From contig OZ223491.1 in NCBI GenBank assembly GCA_965140785.1, forward strand, positions 1 through 64,000: 64,000 nucleotides of DNA, read 5' to 3'. A program made the translations under genes and the position numbers. This DNA comes from an uncultured Ruficoccus sp. (GTDB taxonomy: Bacteria; Verrucomicrobiota; Verrucomicrobiia; Opitutales; Cerasicoccaceae). Below, piece by piece: positions 11,351-21,272 of this stretch. Below the pieces are notes generated by a model. The model was not told the origin of the DNA. It saw only the letters and a program-made list of their open reading frames with translations, and did not search any database. Within the stretch, counting starts at the first letter, position 1. Each line of letters opens with the position of its first letter.

Positions 11351-11974
11351 TCAGTCCATGTTCGCAGCTCCGCCACCGGCACCCGGAGCGGGAACAACAT
11401 CCCCATCAACTCCGACATTCAGGCTCGGAGGCGTAACGGACAGTAAGACCGCTTCGCCGCTGCGAACAAAGTCGAAGTTGAATCCATACAACCGCACGGG
11501 ATAGTCAATCCCCTTGTTGCCGTCACCCCCATAAACGATCAATCCATCGCCAGCGATAAAGGATTCCAGCCCAAACAACAAGCTACCATAAGAACCTCTT
11601 ATAGCATTAACCGGCTGTTTCAGTTGGAAAATCTCGCCGCCCGCATCGACCAGCAACAGGCTCACGCTACTTAGCCCGATCCCGTCCGAACGAAGACCGA
11701 TCTCCAGATTGTCCGGCCACTGGCCTGCCTTTTCCGCAATCACGGGCTTGGTCGCCGAGGCCAGCGTGGCGTAGGTGCGCCCCTCGCCCTCCCGGGCGAT
11801 CTGCAGCTCCGTCTCGTCATCGCTGATACCGGTAATCCGGAAGCCCTCGCCATAAACGTTCCAGGCGCCCCGCTGCCACCGGCTGACCGGCTCAATCACC
11901 TCGAGCCCGGCCACGCGAATAGACGCTTCGTCGGAGGCGGCCGGGTAGTCGAAGTCAAAGCCAACCATCCGCAC
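11351..11974 (-). CDS. Hypothetical beta-rich protein, probably a 5'-truncated remnant of a repeat-domain protein
   Basis: No signal peptide or clear RBS; internal repeat FPVRMVGFDFDY / YPVRLYGFNFDF; in frame behind the esterase stop. Confidence 0.45.
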   Translation of the reverse strand: MRMVGFDFDYPAASDEASIRVAGLEVIEPVSRWQRGAWNVYGEGFRITGISDDETELQIAREGEGRTYATLASATKPVIAEKAGQWPDNLEIGLRSDGIGLSSVSLLLVDAGGEIFQLKQPVNAIRGSYGSLLFGLESFIAGDGLIVYGGDGNKGIDYPVRLYGFNFDFVRSGEAVLLSVTPPSLNVGVDGDVVPAPGAGGGAANMD

Positions 11975-11989
11975 CGGGAAAAAGTGACA

Positions 11990-14032
11990 CTAGTAGTGCT
12001 TGCCTTCCGTCGCTACCGGCTCGTCGTCGGTGCGAAAGGCAATAGCGGGCAGGCCGCTGGCGTTGTAGAGATTGCCGCTTGGGTTGTCCGCCCAGTTATA
12101 GCGCACTGCCACCGGCTCCTTTACGCTCTCGGACCAGACGACCACCTGGTCGCCCTCGATCCTGGCATCGGCCCAGACCCAGTTGTGGTCTTCTCCGCAG
12201 ATGGCGAAGCCTTCCAGCTCGCTGTCGGGGCTGTTCGGCTCCAGCGGCTGGGTTGTTCCGGTGAGCGAAGAGAGCACATAGGTCTCGGACAAGGGCTCGG
12301 CGACGAGTCCGCCATCGGTGTGCGTGAAGCTCAGCACCGCCTTGTCCCCATCGACCTCCATCGACTCAAACATCGGGCCGGAATAGACAACATCCTGCCC
12401 GTAGGTCTTGGCCAGGGCAACGAGCGCCAAGCGTTCGCCCACGTCTTCCTTGTTGCGCGGGTGGATGTCCTTGGCCTCTCCCAGATCGGTCAGGACGGCC
12501 ATGCCGGTGTTGGGCAGTTCGAGGGTCTCAGTCTGCGCCTCGCGCAGGACGGCCCAGGAGGAGCGCCCTGGCTCAGAGGGTTTGTTGCCGATGTTAGCCA
12601 ACTGGCAATAATAGAACGGAAAATCGCCCTGCCCCCACTGTTCGCGCCAATCTTCGATCATGAGCGGGAAGGCCGTGCGGTACTGGTCCGCCCGGCTGAC
12701 ATTGCTCTCTCCCTGATACCAGATAACGCCGGTGATCCCATAGCGCAGGAGGGGCGAGACCATACCGTTGAAAAGGTAGGTCGCCACATCCTGCCCGCGC
12801 AAGGGGTTGGGCAAAGCCTGCGGCAGGGACGCGGCTTCCTGCTCGCTCAAGGGCGGCAGGGTGGACTCGACCTTGGCCTTCAGTCCCCCGTCGAAGGGCG
12901 CGAAATCGCAGTGGATGTTAACCCGTTCATCGTTGCCATAGGGACCATAGAAGCGGATCGCCAACGTGTTTTTGCCTTCCTTCAACTTATCGCCGCGCAG
13001 GTAATAGCGATACTGGTACCCCTCTCCGGGATAGCTCTCATGCGTTTCGTGACCGATTTTTTCGCCGTTCCAGTAAAGGGTGGGAAAAGCCTGCATGCTA
13101 CCGATCCGGATGGGGATGGTGCCATTCACCATGGCCGCCGTCAAGGTGAGCTCTCCGCGCACCCAGATAACGCCGCATTCGGGCAAGCCACCCTCGCCGA
13201 AGATCGTGCCCGGCATATCAATCGCCTTCCACTCGGCGGTGGAAACATCCGTCCCGGCATAGGCCGCGGCATCCTCCGGCGGGTGGTCCTCCCGTCCGGT
13301 ATCCTTCAGCCATTGGGTAAAGGCTTTGTCATAGGCCTCCTTCTTCGGCACGTACGAGGCGGCGTCCGCCCGGGCCTTGTCCCCACCGGCCTTGAGCTGC
13401 GGGTCCTTTTCCAGCGCCTCGTAGCTCATCCAGGCCTCGACGGGCGTCCCACCCCAAGCGTTATGGATCAACCCCACCGGCACGCCCAGCTCCTGATTGA
13501 GCGTCTTGGCAAAGAAGTAACCGACAGCGGAAAAATCACCGGCGGTCTCCGGACCACACACCACCCATTCGCCGTCGCAACTTTCGCGCGGCTCGGGGAG
13601 GGAGACGTAAGGACTGACCCGGAACTGGCGAATCATCGGCAAATCGCTCCGCGCGATCTCCTCGCCCGCATCCATCGCGTTGGCAAGCAGAAAGCCCATG
13701 TTCGACTGGCCGGAGCTCACCCAGACTTCGCCCACCAGGACGTCACTGACGACCCGGTGGTTCTGCCCGGTGACCGTCATCTCGAACGGTCCCGGCGCGC
13801 TCTCCGCCAGGTCCAGCTCGACCTGCCAGTTACCCTCGTCGTCAGCGATGCTCTTTTCCGTCTGGCCAGCCAGCTCGACCGTAACTTCTTCGCCGGGGCT
13901 GGCCGTCCCCCACACAGGGGTATCCGCCGCCTTGTGCAGCACCATGTGATCGGAGATAATCGCAGGCAGGTTAACGTCGGCCATGGCAGCTGCGGCCATG
14001 GACAGGTAGAGGAGGATGGTACTAGCTTTCAT
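11990..14032 (-). CDS. Sialate O-acetylesterase (SASA/SGNH) family with inserted beta-domain
   Basis: Signal peptide, GEVWVSSGQSNM, WGGTPVEAW, IWYQGESN, DIHPRNK, VRYNWADNP. Confidence 0.92.
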   Translation of the reverse strand: MKASTILLYLSMAAAAMADVNLPAIISDHMVLHKAADTPVWGTASPGEEVTVELAGQTEKSIADDEGNWQVELDLAESAPGPFEMTVTGQNHRVVSDVLVGEVWVSSGQSNMGFLLANAMDAGEEIARSDLPMIRQFRVSPYVSLPEPRESCDGEWVVCGPETAGDFSAVGYFFAKTLNQELGVPVGLIHNAWGGTPVEAWMSYEALEKDPQLKAGGDKARADAASYVPKKEAYDKAFTQWLKDTGREDHPPEDAAAYAGTDVSTAEWKAIDMPGTIFGEGGLPECGVIWVRGELTLTAAMVNGTIPIRIGSMQAFPTLYWNGEKIGHETHESYPGEGYQYRYYLRGDKLKEGKNTLAIRFYGPYGNDERVNIHCDFAPFDGGLKAKVESTLPPLSEQEAASLPQALPNPLRGQDVATYLFNGMVSPLLRYGITGVIWYQGESNVSRADQYRTAFPLMIEDWREQWGQGDFPFYYCQLANIGNKPSEPGRSSWAVLREAQTETLELPNTGMAVLTDLGEAKDIHPRNKEDVGERLALVALAKTYGQDVVYSGPMFESMEVDGDKAVLSFTHTDGGLVAEPLSETYVLSSLTGTTQPLEPNSPDSELEGFAICGEDHNWVWADARIEGDQVVVWSESVKEPVAVRYNWADNPSGNLYNASGLPAIAFRTDDEPVATEGKHY

Positions 14033-14337
14033 GCGGTAACGTCTAAGTGAAGAGTCTATCACCTGACTCAACAGTTCCACAAAAAAATATAAGCTGTCAG
14101 CGGCCCTCACTCCCAAGGAAGAACCTGGGCCCGCTTGGCCACGAGACGGAAAAAACCGCTGACCGACACATCCACCCTCCGGTTTTCCTAACGCAATTCC
14201 CCATCGGCAGTACGACCGACCGGAGCACCACGTGGCTCCGCCTCCCCTGCCGCGTTGAACGTTTATCTGAACAGACCCCAGTAAAAGGGTAAAAGTCGGA
14301 GTTGCGCGGAGCGGGGATATTCGCAGGCTCCTTCCGA

Positions 14338-15246
14338 ATGGATTGGGTAACCCTGGGGCTGTTTTCCGCCGTCGTCCTCGGCCTGTATGACCTCGGCAAG
14401 AAGCACGCGGTACGCGATAACGCGGTGCTGCCGGTGCTCTTCTGGGCGCAGGTCTTCGCCGCCTCCATCTGGGCTCCGTGGGTGATCCTCAGCCATGTGC
14501 GCCCCGATCTGATCCCGGCGGACTTCCTGCGGGTCGAACCGCTCGATGCCCTGGGGCACTTGCGGCTGTTTGCGAAGTCGGCGCTGGTCGGAACCTCTTG
14601 GGTCTTCGCCTATTTCGCGCTCAAGCACCTGCCAATCTCATTGGTGGCTCCCATTCGCGCCACCAGCCCCGTCTGGACTCTGTTCGGCGCTTTTTTTCTG
14701 CTGGGTGAACGGTTCAACGTCCTCCAGTGGGCGGGAATCGCGGTCACGCTCGGCGGGTTTTATCTCTTGTCGGTCGCCGGAAAAAAGGAGGGCATTCGCT
14801 TTCACCGCAACCGCTGGGTCTGGTTTATCATCGCGGCGACGCTGCTGGGAGCGGTCAGTTCGCTCTATGACAAGTACCTGCTCAATGTCCTCGGTTACCG
14901 CACGCCGACGGTGCAGTCCTGGTTCGCGCTTTATCTGGTCGTCTTTTTCTTCCCGTTTTTCTTGGGCTGGCGACAGCGCTGGTGGCCGCGGGGTGAATTC
15001 GACTGGCGCTGGTCGATTCCGTTTGTCGGCGTGGCGCTCCTGATCGCCGACTTCGCGTACTTTCGGGCGCTGGAGATGGATGGGGTCTTGATCGGCGTGA
15101 TGTCCTGTCTGCGCAGGGGGAGCGCGCTCGTCTCCTTCGCCGGCGGGCTCTGGCTGTTCAAGGAAAAGAACGGCCTGCGCAAATTACCCGCTCTCCTGAT
15201 GATCCTGCTTGGCATCATCCTGCTTGTCATCGGCAAGGACTCCTGA
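14338..15246 (+). CDS. EamA/DMT family transporter
   Basis: About 10 TM in two repeats; YFALKHLPISLVAPIRATSPVW, LFKEKN. Confidence 0.88.
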   Translation: MDWVTLGLFSAVVLGLYDLGKKHAVRDNAVLPVLFWAQVFAASIWAPWVILSHVRPDLIPADFLRVEPLDALGHLRLFAKSALVGTSWVFAYFALKHLPISLVAPIRATSPVWTLFGAFFLLGERFNVLQWAGIAVTLGGFYLLSVAGKKEGIRFHRNRWVWFIIAATLLGAVSSLYDKYLLNVLGYRTPTVQSWFALYLVVFFFPFFLGWRQRWWPRGEFDWRWSIPFVGVALLIADFAYFRALEMDGVLIGVMSCLRRGSALVSFAGGLWLFKEKNGLRKLPALLMILLGIILLVIGKDS

Positions 15247-15487
15247 ATGGCCCCACCAAGCCCTGATTCTCCTCCCTGCACTCGACATCTCTTATAGACG
15301 TATTATATATATCATTAAACAATACCGCCCTGCCTACCCCACCTGCTTTCCTCCCAGGCGCTGCGGATCGATTACCCCCCGACAACACGCTCATCGACTG
15401 CGATCCTGAACGCTGAAAGCCCCAGGGTAGCCGCCGACACGACATTCCGCCCTTTACCGCCCCCGGTTGATAATAAAACATTAAAAT

Positions 15488-17026
15488 ATGAAGATTTGGA
15501 CGAGAATCACACTCGGGTTCATTGTGGTCATCGCCATCATGATGGTGGTCGATTTGAATTCCCTGCGGGACAACATCCAAATCCTCCGCCAAGTGGACGA
15601 CCTGGAACTCTCGAAGCGCCGGGAGCTGCTGGAGTCCTATCGCTCCGCCTACTTGCTGCAACGGATCAAGTCCAACGTGCGGGAGATGCTGCTGGAAACC
15701 GAGGTTGCCGCAAGACCGGAGGAAATCGAGCTGGCCATCCAAGAGATCCATGAGACGGCTCCGAAATTGAAGGCCTCCCTGGAAGCGCTGAAGACGGCCA
15801 CCTACCTGAGCCTGGAGCCTGAAAGAGAGGACGAGGAAGAACTGAAAGAACTGGACCGGCTGAACTCCCTGCTTGAGCTTCTGCCGGATTTCTTCCTCAT
15901 GCTGGACCGGCAACTCGAGCTCCAGCACGCCCACCAAGCCGAGGAGGCAGACGAGCAATTCGAGGGCACCCTGGAGCCGTTGGCCCGCCAGATGCAGGCG
16001 ATCCTGGCCGAGGTGACAGCCCAAAGCGAAAAGGAGATTCAGTGGGCGATCGAGCAGATAAACATCCAGGTAAGCAACGCGATCCGTCTCGGTGTTTATC
16101 TGTCGTTTTTAAGCGTTCTGCTCTCCATAGGCATCGGGCTGCTGATCTCCCGTTCCATCTCAAAGCCCTTGATGAAGCTCGTACAGAGCGCGGACGAAAT
16201 CGGCCGCGGCAATTTCGAAACGACCGTCGAGCTGGACACAAAAGGTGAGCTCCAGTTGCTGGCGGGATCGTTCAACCAGATGGCTCACGAGCTCAAGCAG
16301 AAGATCGACTCGATCGACAATGTGAACAAGGAACTGCTCGAATCCAACCGGACCAAGGACACCTTCTTCTCCATCATTGCTCACGATTTGAGAAATCCCT
16401 TTAACGCGATTCTGGGCTATTCCTACATCCTCTCCGAGGACTACGATAAATTTGACGACAAAGAGCGCCTCCAGTTCATCAAGGAAATCGACCGCTCCTC
16501 GAGAATCACCTTCGAACTGTTGGAAAACCTGCTGCACTGGGCCCGCTCGCAAAGTGACAAGATCAAGATAGAAAAGCAGACAGTGGCCGTGGACGAAGCC
16601 GTGAAAGAAGCCATAGAATCCCATGCAGCCAACGCCAAATCCAAAGAAATCTCGCTGGTCAACCTGATCCCCGCCGGCATGACGATCCAGGTGGACCCTT
16701 CCACGTTTTCCGTGATCCTGAACAACGTCATCAGCAACGCCCTCAAGTTCACCCGAGACGGAGGTCAGGTCGTCATTTCCGGTTGGGAAAACGAGGAGGG
16801 AGCGACGATCTCGATTAAGGATAACGGCGTCGGCATGAATGAGGAAACCCTGAGCAAGCTCTTCCTCATCCGCGGCAACAACTCCACCCTGGGCACACGG
16901 AGTGAAAATGGCACCGGTCTCGGCCTCCTGTTGGTCAAGGACTTCACCGAGCGCAACGGAGGCCACGTAGAGGTAAAAAGCACGCTCGGTGAGGGCAGCG
17001 AGTTTATCTTCACCTACCCCAGCTGA
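15488..17026 (+). CDS. HAMP-domain sensor histidine kinase
   Basis: Two TM, HAMP, H-box IIAHDLRNPF, N-box NVISNALKFT, G-boxes DNGVG and GTGLGL. Confidence 0.95.
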   Translation: MKIWTRITLGFIVVIAIMMVVDLNSLRDNIQILRQVDDLELSKRRELLESYRSAYLLQRIKSNVREMLLETEVAARPEEIELAIQEIHETAPKLKASLEALKTATYLSLEPEREDEEELKELDRLNSLLELLPDFFLMLDRQLELQHAHQAEEADEQFEGTLEPLARQMQAILAEVTAQSEKEIQWAIEQINIQVSNAIRLGVYLSFLSVLLSIGIGLLISRSISKPLMKLVQSADEIGRGNFETTVELDTKGELQLLAGSFNQMAHELKQKIDSIDNVNKELLESNRTKDTFFSIIAHDLRNPFNAILGYSYILSEDYDKFDDKERLQFIKEIDRSSRITFELLENLLHWARSQSDKIKIEKQTVAVDEAVKEAIESHAANAKSKEISLVNLIPAGMTIQVDPSTFSVILNNVISNALKFTRDGGQVVISGWENEEGATISIKDNGVGMNEETLSKLFLIRGNNSTLGTRSENGTGLGLLLVKDFTERNGGHVEVKSTLGEGSEFIFTYPS

Positions 17027-17093
17027 GTCTTCGCCACGCGGGTCGCCAAGGCCCCTGCGATCCGGCCTTGCTTTGATCCGTGTCTGATTTCCC

Positions 17094-20000
17094 TTAGTCG
17101 GAAGACTTCGCCGTACCATTCGCTCCAGCGAACCGGAAACTGCGCTGCCAGCGAACGGTTTCTCCCGGCTCGACTGACGCCTCGAAGTACAGCTCCGGGC
17201 AGAACTGCCCGGCGTTCTGATAACAATCCACGCGCTTGGCGGCGGGGCTGAGAGCCATTTCCACCGCCAGCGGCCCAGGGCGAAAGGCAATGCGCAGGGC
17301 ACTCATGTCACCGGAATCCAGCACCTCTAAACGATCAAGGCCGGGCTCCGTCACGGGGAGAAAAGAAAACGACCCGGTCCCGGCACCCGCCGTACCGCTC
17401 GCCCGCAGCGCGAAGTCGGCCTGGAGATCAATGCTGACAGTCTCCGTCTGTACTCTCAGGTAGGCGTGATCGTACTGGTCGAAGGTAAAGGCTTTCTTCC
17501 CGGTGTTTTCCAGCGAATAGTCAATCAGCAGGCTGCCGGGCGCGGAAATAGAGATACGCTTGATATAGCGATAACCATAGCCGTCCTCGGACTCGGCCTC
17601 CTGACGGGCTTCCCACCAACCCTCACCCTGCTCGCGTTCACTGGGAAACGGCTGGAGTACGGTATGCGGCTGCGCGTTCATGTAAAACGGCTTGGCCGCG
17701 TGATAGGCCTCCATCTCCCCCAGGCCGATTTTGATAAAGGTGCGGGGCTGCTTGAGCGGGTCCCAGCCCAGCGTCCCGATCCCCGAACCGCCGAACTCGT
17801 CCACCAAGCCGTCCGCGCAGAGGAATTCCCTTTCTCCCAGCCGCACGGAAGTTACGCGCCCCAGGCGGTCGAACCGGCGCTCCCCGTACTCGGTCTCGAA
17901 GTCGACATCGGTCCGGATGATGACACTGAAGTCCCCGTCGATCAGCTTGACTTCCTCATGTTTGGCCGGTGCTTGAGTCGCCTCGCCCGGCCAGGGAACA
18001 TCGTACCAGTCATCCGGCGCAGCCATGCGTAAGAGGTCGCCATGATGGCTCAAGCGCGGCTCAGCCAGATGCATCTGCCGGTAGCAGGCCTCCAGAAAAT
18101 TGAGCATGTGCAGAGCCCGTACGCTGCTCGGGCTGAAGCCGCTGCCCAGCGTATGGCGCCCGCCCCCGACATTTTCGACGATCCACAGGCCGGCTTCGTT
18201 CTGGGTGTTCAAAGCCCGGCGGGCCATGCCCAGTTGGGAAGGGGTCAGGCCCTCGTGTTCGTCGTCAGACTCTTCCAGGCTGTCGAGCAGTCCCTGGATG
18301 TCGGGTACCGGCCGTGGGTTGATCACAAAGGGGTTCTGGGGAAAGCTATTGGCCTGCGCATACTGTTCGGGGTCGTCGAGGTAATAGATTTCCCACTCCC
18401 AACTGGCAATCGGCCGCCCGGTCTCCGGGTCGTAGTACTTGTACATCTCTGCCTCCGGGAAACGCTCTTTCAGCCAGGCGGCGGCTTCACGCACCGGCAC
18501 CAGATAGCGTTCGTCTCCGGAGAGACGATAAGCCTCCACCAGAGCTTCGGAGGCGATCAGGGTATCCTCGCTGGAGTACGCGGCAGGCTCGTGCAGACGG
18601 GCCGGAGCGGGCTTGAGGGTATGGTCGTACTGCTGCGCCCAGCCGTGTACCTTACCCGAGAGGTTTGCCGCCACGAGCCAGTCGGCCGCGCGCTTGGCGG
18701 CTTCGAGATAGCGCATGTCATAGGTGTAGTGGTAGAGCAATACCATGATGTTCAGCGCGTCATTCATGGCGTAGTCGTTAATCTCACCGCCCTGCGGCTC
18801 GCCGAGGAAGGTTTTCCCGACGCCCGCTTTGGGATCGTACTTGTAGGACCAGCTTCCATCGGGGTTCTGCGCCCGCAGGTAAAACTCACCGGCTTTTTTC
18901 GCGCTGATGATGTAGTCGGACTTCCCGGTTAATTTATACAGCGCCAGCAACAGCGCGATCGGCTGACTCTGCACACCGTCCTGAAACTTCGGCTCCGCGT
19001 GGCCACCCCGAGAATCGATCGGCACCAGAGCGGCGCTCCCAAACTGGTAATTACTCAGCCAGTAGCCGTCCTCTGCTTGGGCTTCTACCAGGAAGTCCCC
19101 CGTTTTTTTCGCAACCTCGAGCAGCGACTCGTCCCCGAGAATATCGTAGGCATAGACGTAACGTGAGGCGATGACCGGTGTGCCTTTGCTCTTATCCAGG
19201 CTGACGATATTCTCCGTATCGATATAGCCGCGCCCCTGCGCGAAGGCCCCGCGCATCGTCGGCCAGGTGTAGGTCACCTGCCAGCCCCCGTTGTACTGGA
19301 GCCCCTCGATCGTGTCGAAGCGCTTGTAAAGACCGGCCACCACAGGCTTGAACAGTTTCTCGGCCTCGGGGTTACCGAGCGGCTGATACTGATCCAGCAG
19401 AGCCCGGCTTTGCATCCAGACCTGAAGCTCGTCAAATTCGTTGCCGCTTTTGAGCATGCCGCCCTCGTACAGGCGCACCTCGACACCTCCCCCCAGATAC
19501 GAAACCAACGGCGGGCCGAAGTCACGCGGCAGCGTGAAGGGGCCCTCCACGGATTCCTCGTCAAGCGCCAACCATGCTCGCTGACGGCGAGAGTCCCAGG
19601 AAGCCGTCACGTGATGCCACCGCTCAGGATCATCAACGCTGAGCGGCAGGCCGATCTCCGCGAAGGTCGCCTGCTCGCGTCTGCCGAACTGCGTACAGCG
19701 TAGGAAGAGCTTTCCACCCTCGACCACGAGCCCGAGATCGTAATGATGCCCACGGATGGCCCAGAGCCAGGCCTTGCCGTCTCGCCCTGCGATCGCGCTC
19801 CCGCGCGTATAAAAGCTGACCGTTCCCGCCTCTGCGCTGACATTGCCCGCGGCCAGGTAATGCAGGTGTCCCCCATCCTGGGCGATGCGCAGGGCCCCTC
19901 CCTCGACACCGCCCGGGACGATTTCCGTCCCGAAGCCACCCGGATCGGAAAAACCGTGCGACACGTCAGCGGAGGTATTGTCATCGTAGCTGGCATGGAA

Positions 20001-20102
20001 ATCCGGCTCAGGCCAAGTCCCGGCAGCGTCGCCATGCAACGGGCTGCTCAAAGAAACAATGACGAACAAGCCAGCATGTAAGAAAGGATACTTTTTAAAC
20101 AT
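17094..20102 (-). CDS. Secreted multidomain protein: LamG-like + PL10 pectate-lyase-like alpha-barrel + mutarotase-like C-terminal domain
   Basis: WHHVTASWD (LamG); EINDYAMN and GWAQQYDHTLKPAPARLHEP (PL10-like); C-terminal IDYSLENTG..YDHAY..FCPE. Confidence 0.6.
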   Translation of the reverse strand: MFKKYPFLHAGLFVIVSLSSPLHGDAAGTWPEPDFHASYDDNTSADVSHGFSDPGGFGTEIVPGGVEGGALRIAQDGGHLHYLAAGNVSAEAGTVSFYTRGSAIAGRDGKAWLWAIRGHHYDLGLVVEGGKLFLRCTQFGRREQATFAEIGLPLSVDDPERWHHVTASWDSRRQRAWLALDEESVEGPFTLPRDFGPPLVSYLGGGVEVRLYEGGMLKSGNEFDELQVWMQSRALLDQYQPLGNPEAEKLFKPVVAGLYKRFDTIEGLQYNGGWQVTYTWPTMRGAFAQGRGYIDTENIVSLDKSKGTPVIASRYVYAYDILGDESLLEVAKKTGDFLVEAQAEDGYWLSNYQFGSAALVPIDSRGGHAEPKFQDGVQSQPIALLLALYKLTGKSDYIISAKKAGEFYLRAQNPDGSWSYKYDPKAGVGKTFLGEPQGGEINDYAMNDALNIMVLLYHYTYDMRYLEAAKRAADWLVAANLSGKVHGWAQQYDHTLKPAPARLHEPAAYSSEDTLIASEALVEAYRLSGDERYLVPVREAAAWLKERFPEAEMYKYYDPETGRPIASWEWEIYYLDDPEQYAQANSFPQNPFVINPRPVPDIQGLLDSLEESDDEHEGLTPSQLGMARRALNTQNEAGLWIVENVGGGRHTLGSGFSPSSVRALHMLNFLEACYRQMHLAEPRLSHHGDLLRMAAPDDWYDVPWPGEATQAPAKHEEVKLIDGDFSVIIRTDVDFETEYGERRFDRLGRVTSVRLGEREFLCADGLVDEFGGSGIGTLGWDPLKQPRTFIKIGLGEMEAYHAAKPFYMNAQPHTVLQPFPSEREQGEGWWEARQEAESEDGYGYRYIKRISISAPGSLLIDYSLENTGKKAFTFDQYDHAYLRVQTETVSIDLQADFALRASGTAGAGTGSFSFLPVTEPGLDRLEVLDSGDMSALRIAFRPGPLAVEMALSPAAKRVDCYQNAGQFCPELYFEASVEPGETVRWQRSFRFAGANGTAKSSD

Positions 20103-20312
20103 GGGTAGGTTCGGGGTGGTTAACACACATGCTGCCGGAAAGCACTTCTTTGAACATGCTTCGATTCTGTTACTCGTACCAGATTTAAATAAGCGAGAGC
20201 CACCCATCAAACGGAGTGTCCGTCCTTGCTCACCGCCAATCTACCAGGCAACGGTCAACCGCATCACGACCACCCAGGGCCTGTCCTGAAACATTCCTCT
20301 CGTCCGCACCCC

Positions 20313-21221
20313 CTACTTCGGTTCGTCATGACGGCGACGGTTCCTGCGGGAGCGATATTGGCTCGGTGTCATGTCTGCGAGCATTTTAAAAGTCCGATAG
20401 AAATGAGCGAGATTATCGAAGCCAGACTCGAACGCAATAGCCTGGATCGAGCGCGTCGAGTTTGTCAGAAGTTCACGGGCGTGCCTGATTCGCAACTCGT
20501 TGACATGTTGATTCCACCCCATCCCCGTCACCTCCCGAAAGAGCCCGGAAAACCGCCGCCGACTGAGCCCACATGCCTGCGCGGCATTATCCAGAGAATC
20601 AGGACGGAAGAAATGCCGCTTTAGATTCCGGGCGTAGTTCTGCACCCGCTCACGGGAGCCAAGGTCGCGCCCGCCCTCCTCGCTTTCGCGAAGAAGAGCG
20701 ACCAGAAATTCTCCGACGAGGCTAGTGATGAGTTCCCGGTAGCCGTTGGCACGGACCGTCTGCTCATAGAGAATGCGACGCAGCATTTCCGTCATTTCCA
20801 GATACTTGCTCCGGCTCGAAAAGCTTCTGACCTCGGACATAATCCTGTCTAAAAGCGCTTCAAAAGGACGCAAGTCCGACTGAATGCAGACCACGTAGAG
20901 CGACAGCGGGGCTCGACCGGAGTCAATCAGGCGGTGTTGACGCAAAGGGGGCACACAGACCAGGGTCGGCACAGCCAGGTCCACTGTGTGCCCGTCGGCG
21001 AATTGCAGATCCCCGCGCCCCGAGAGGATGATTAGCACCTTGGCGAAAGCGTCCCTACGCCAGTCCATGAGGAAGTCCTGACCATGGTGGCTCTCCGCAA
21101 CCACAATCCCATGCTCCGGCATCTCCACCTCAATGGGCGCGGTTCTATAGGGCGGCGGCATCTCTGCATGCTGGAGGTGCATGCTCGATACGCAAATACA
21201 ATTGCCCGATATGCGAATCAT
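20313..21221 (-). CDS. AraC family transcriptional regulator
   Basis: Cupin N-terminus; GLSRRRFSGLFREVTG..IAFESGFDNLAHFYRTFK..TPSQYR. Confidence 0.93.
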   Translation of the reverse strand: MIRISGNCICVSSMHLQHAEMPPPYRTAPIEVEMPEHGIVVAESHHGQDFLMDWRRDAFAKVLIILSGRGDLQFADGHTVDLAVPTLVCVPPLRQHRLIDSGRAPLSLYVVCIQSDLRPFEALLDRIMSEVRSFSSRSKYLEMTEMLRRILYEQTVRANGYRELITSLVGEFLVALLRESEEGGRDLGSRERVQNYARNLKRHFFRPDSLDNAAQACGLSRRRFSGLFREVTGMGWNQHVNELRIRHARELLTNSTRSIQAIAFESGFDNLAHFYRTFKMLADMTPSQYRSRRNRRRHDEPK

Positions 21222-21272
21222 ATAATTTTGCCCAAAAGCCGGCTAAAGAGCAGATTTATTCCACTCACTCTC

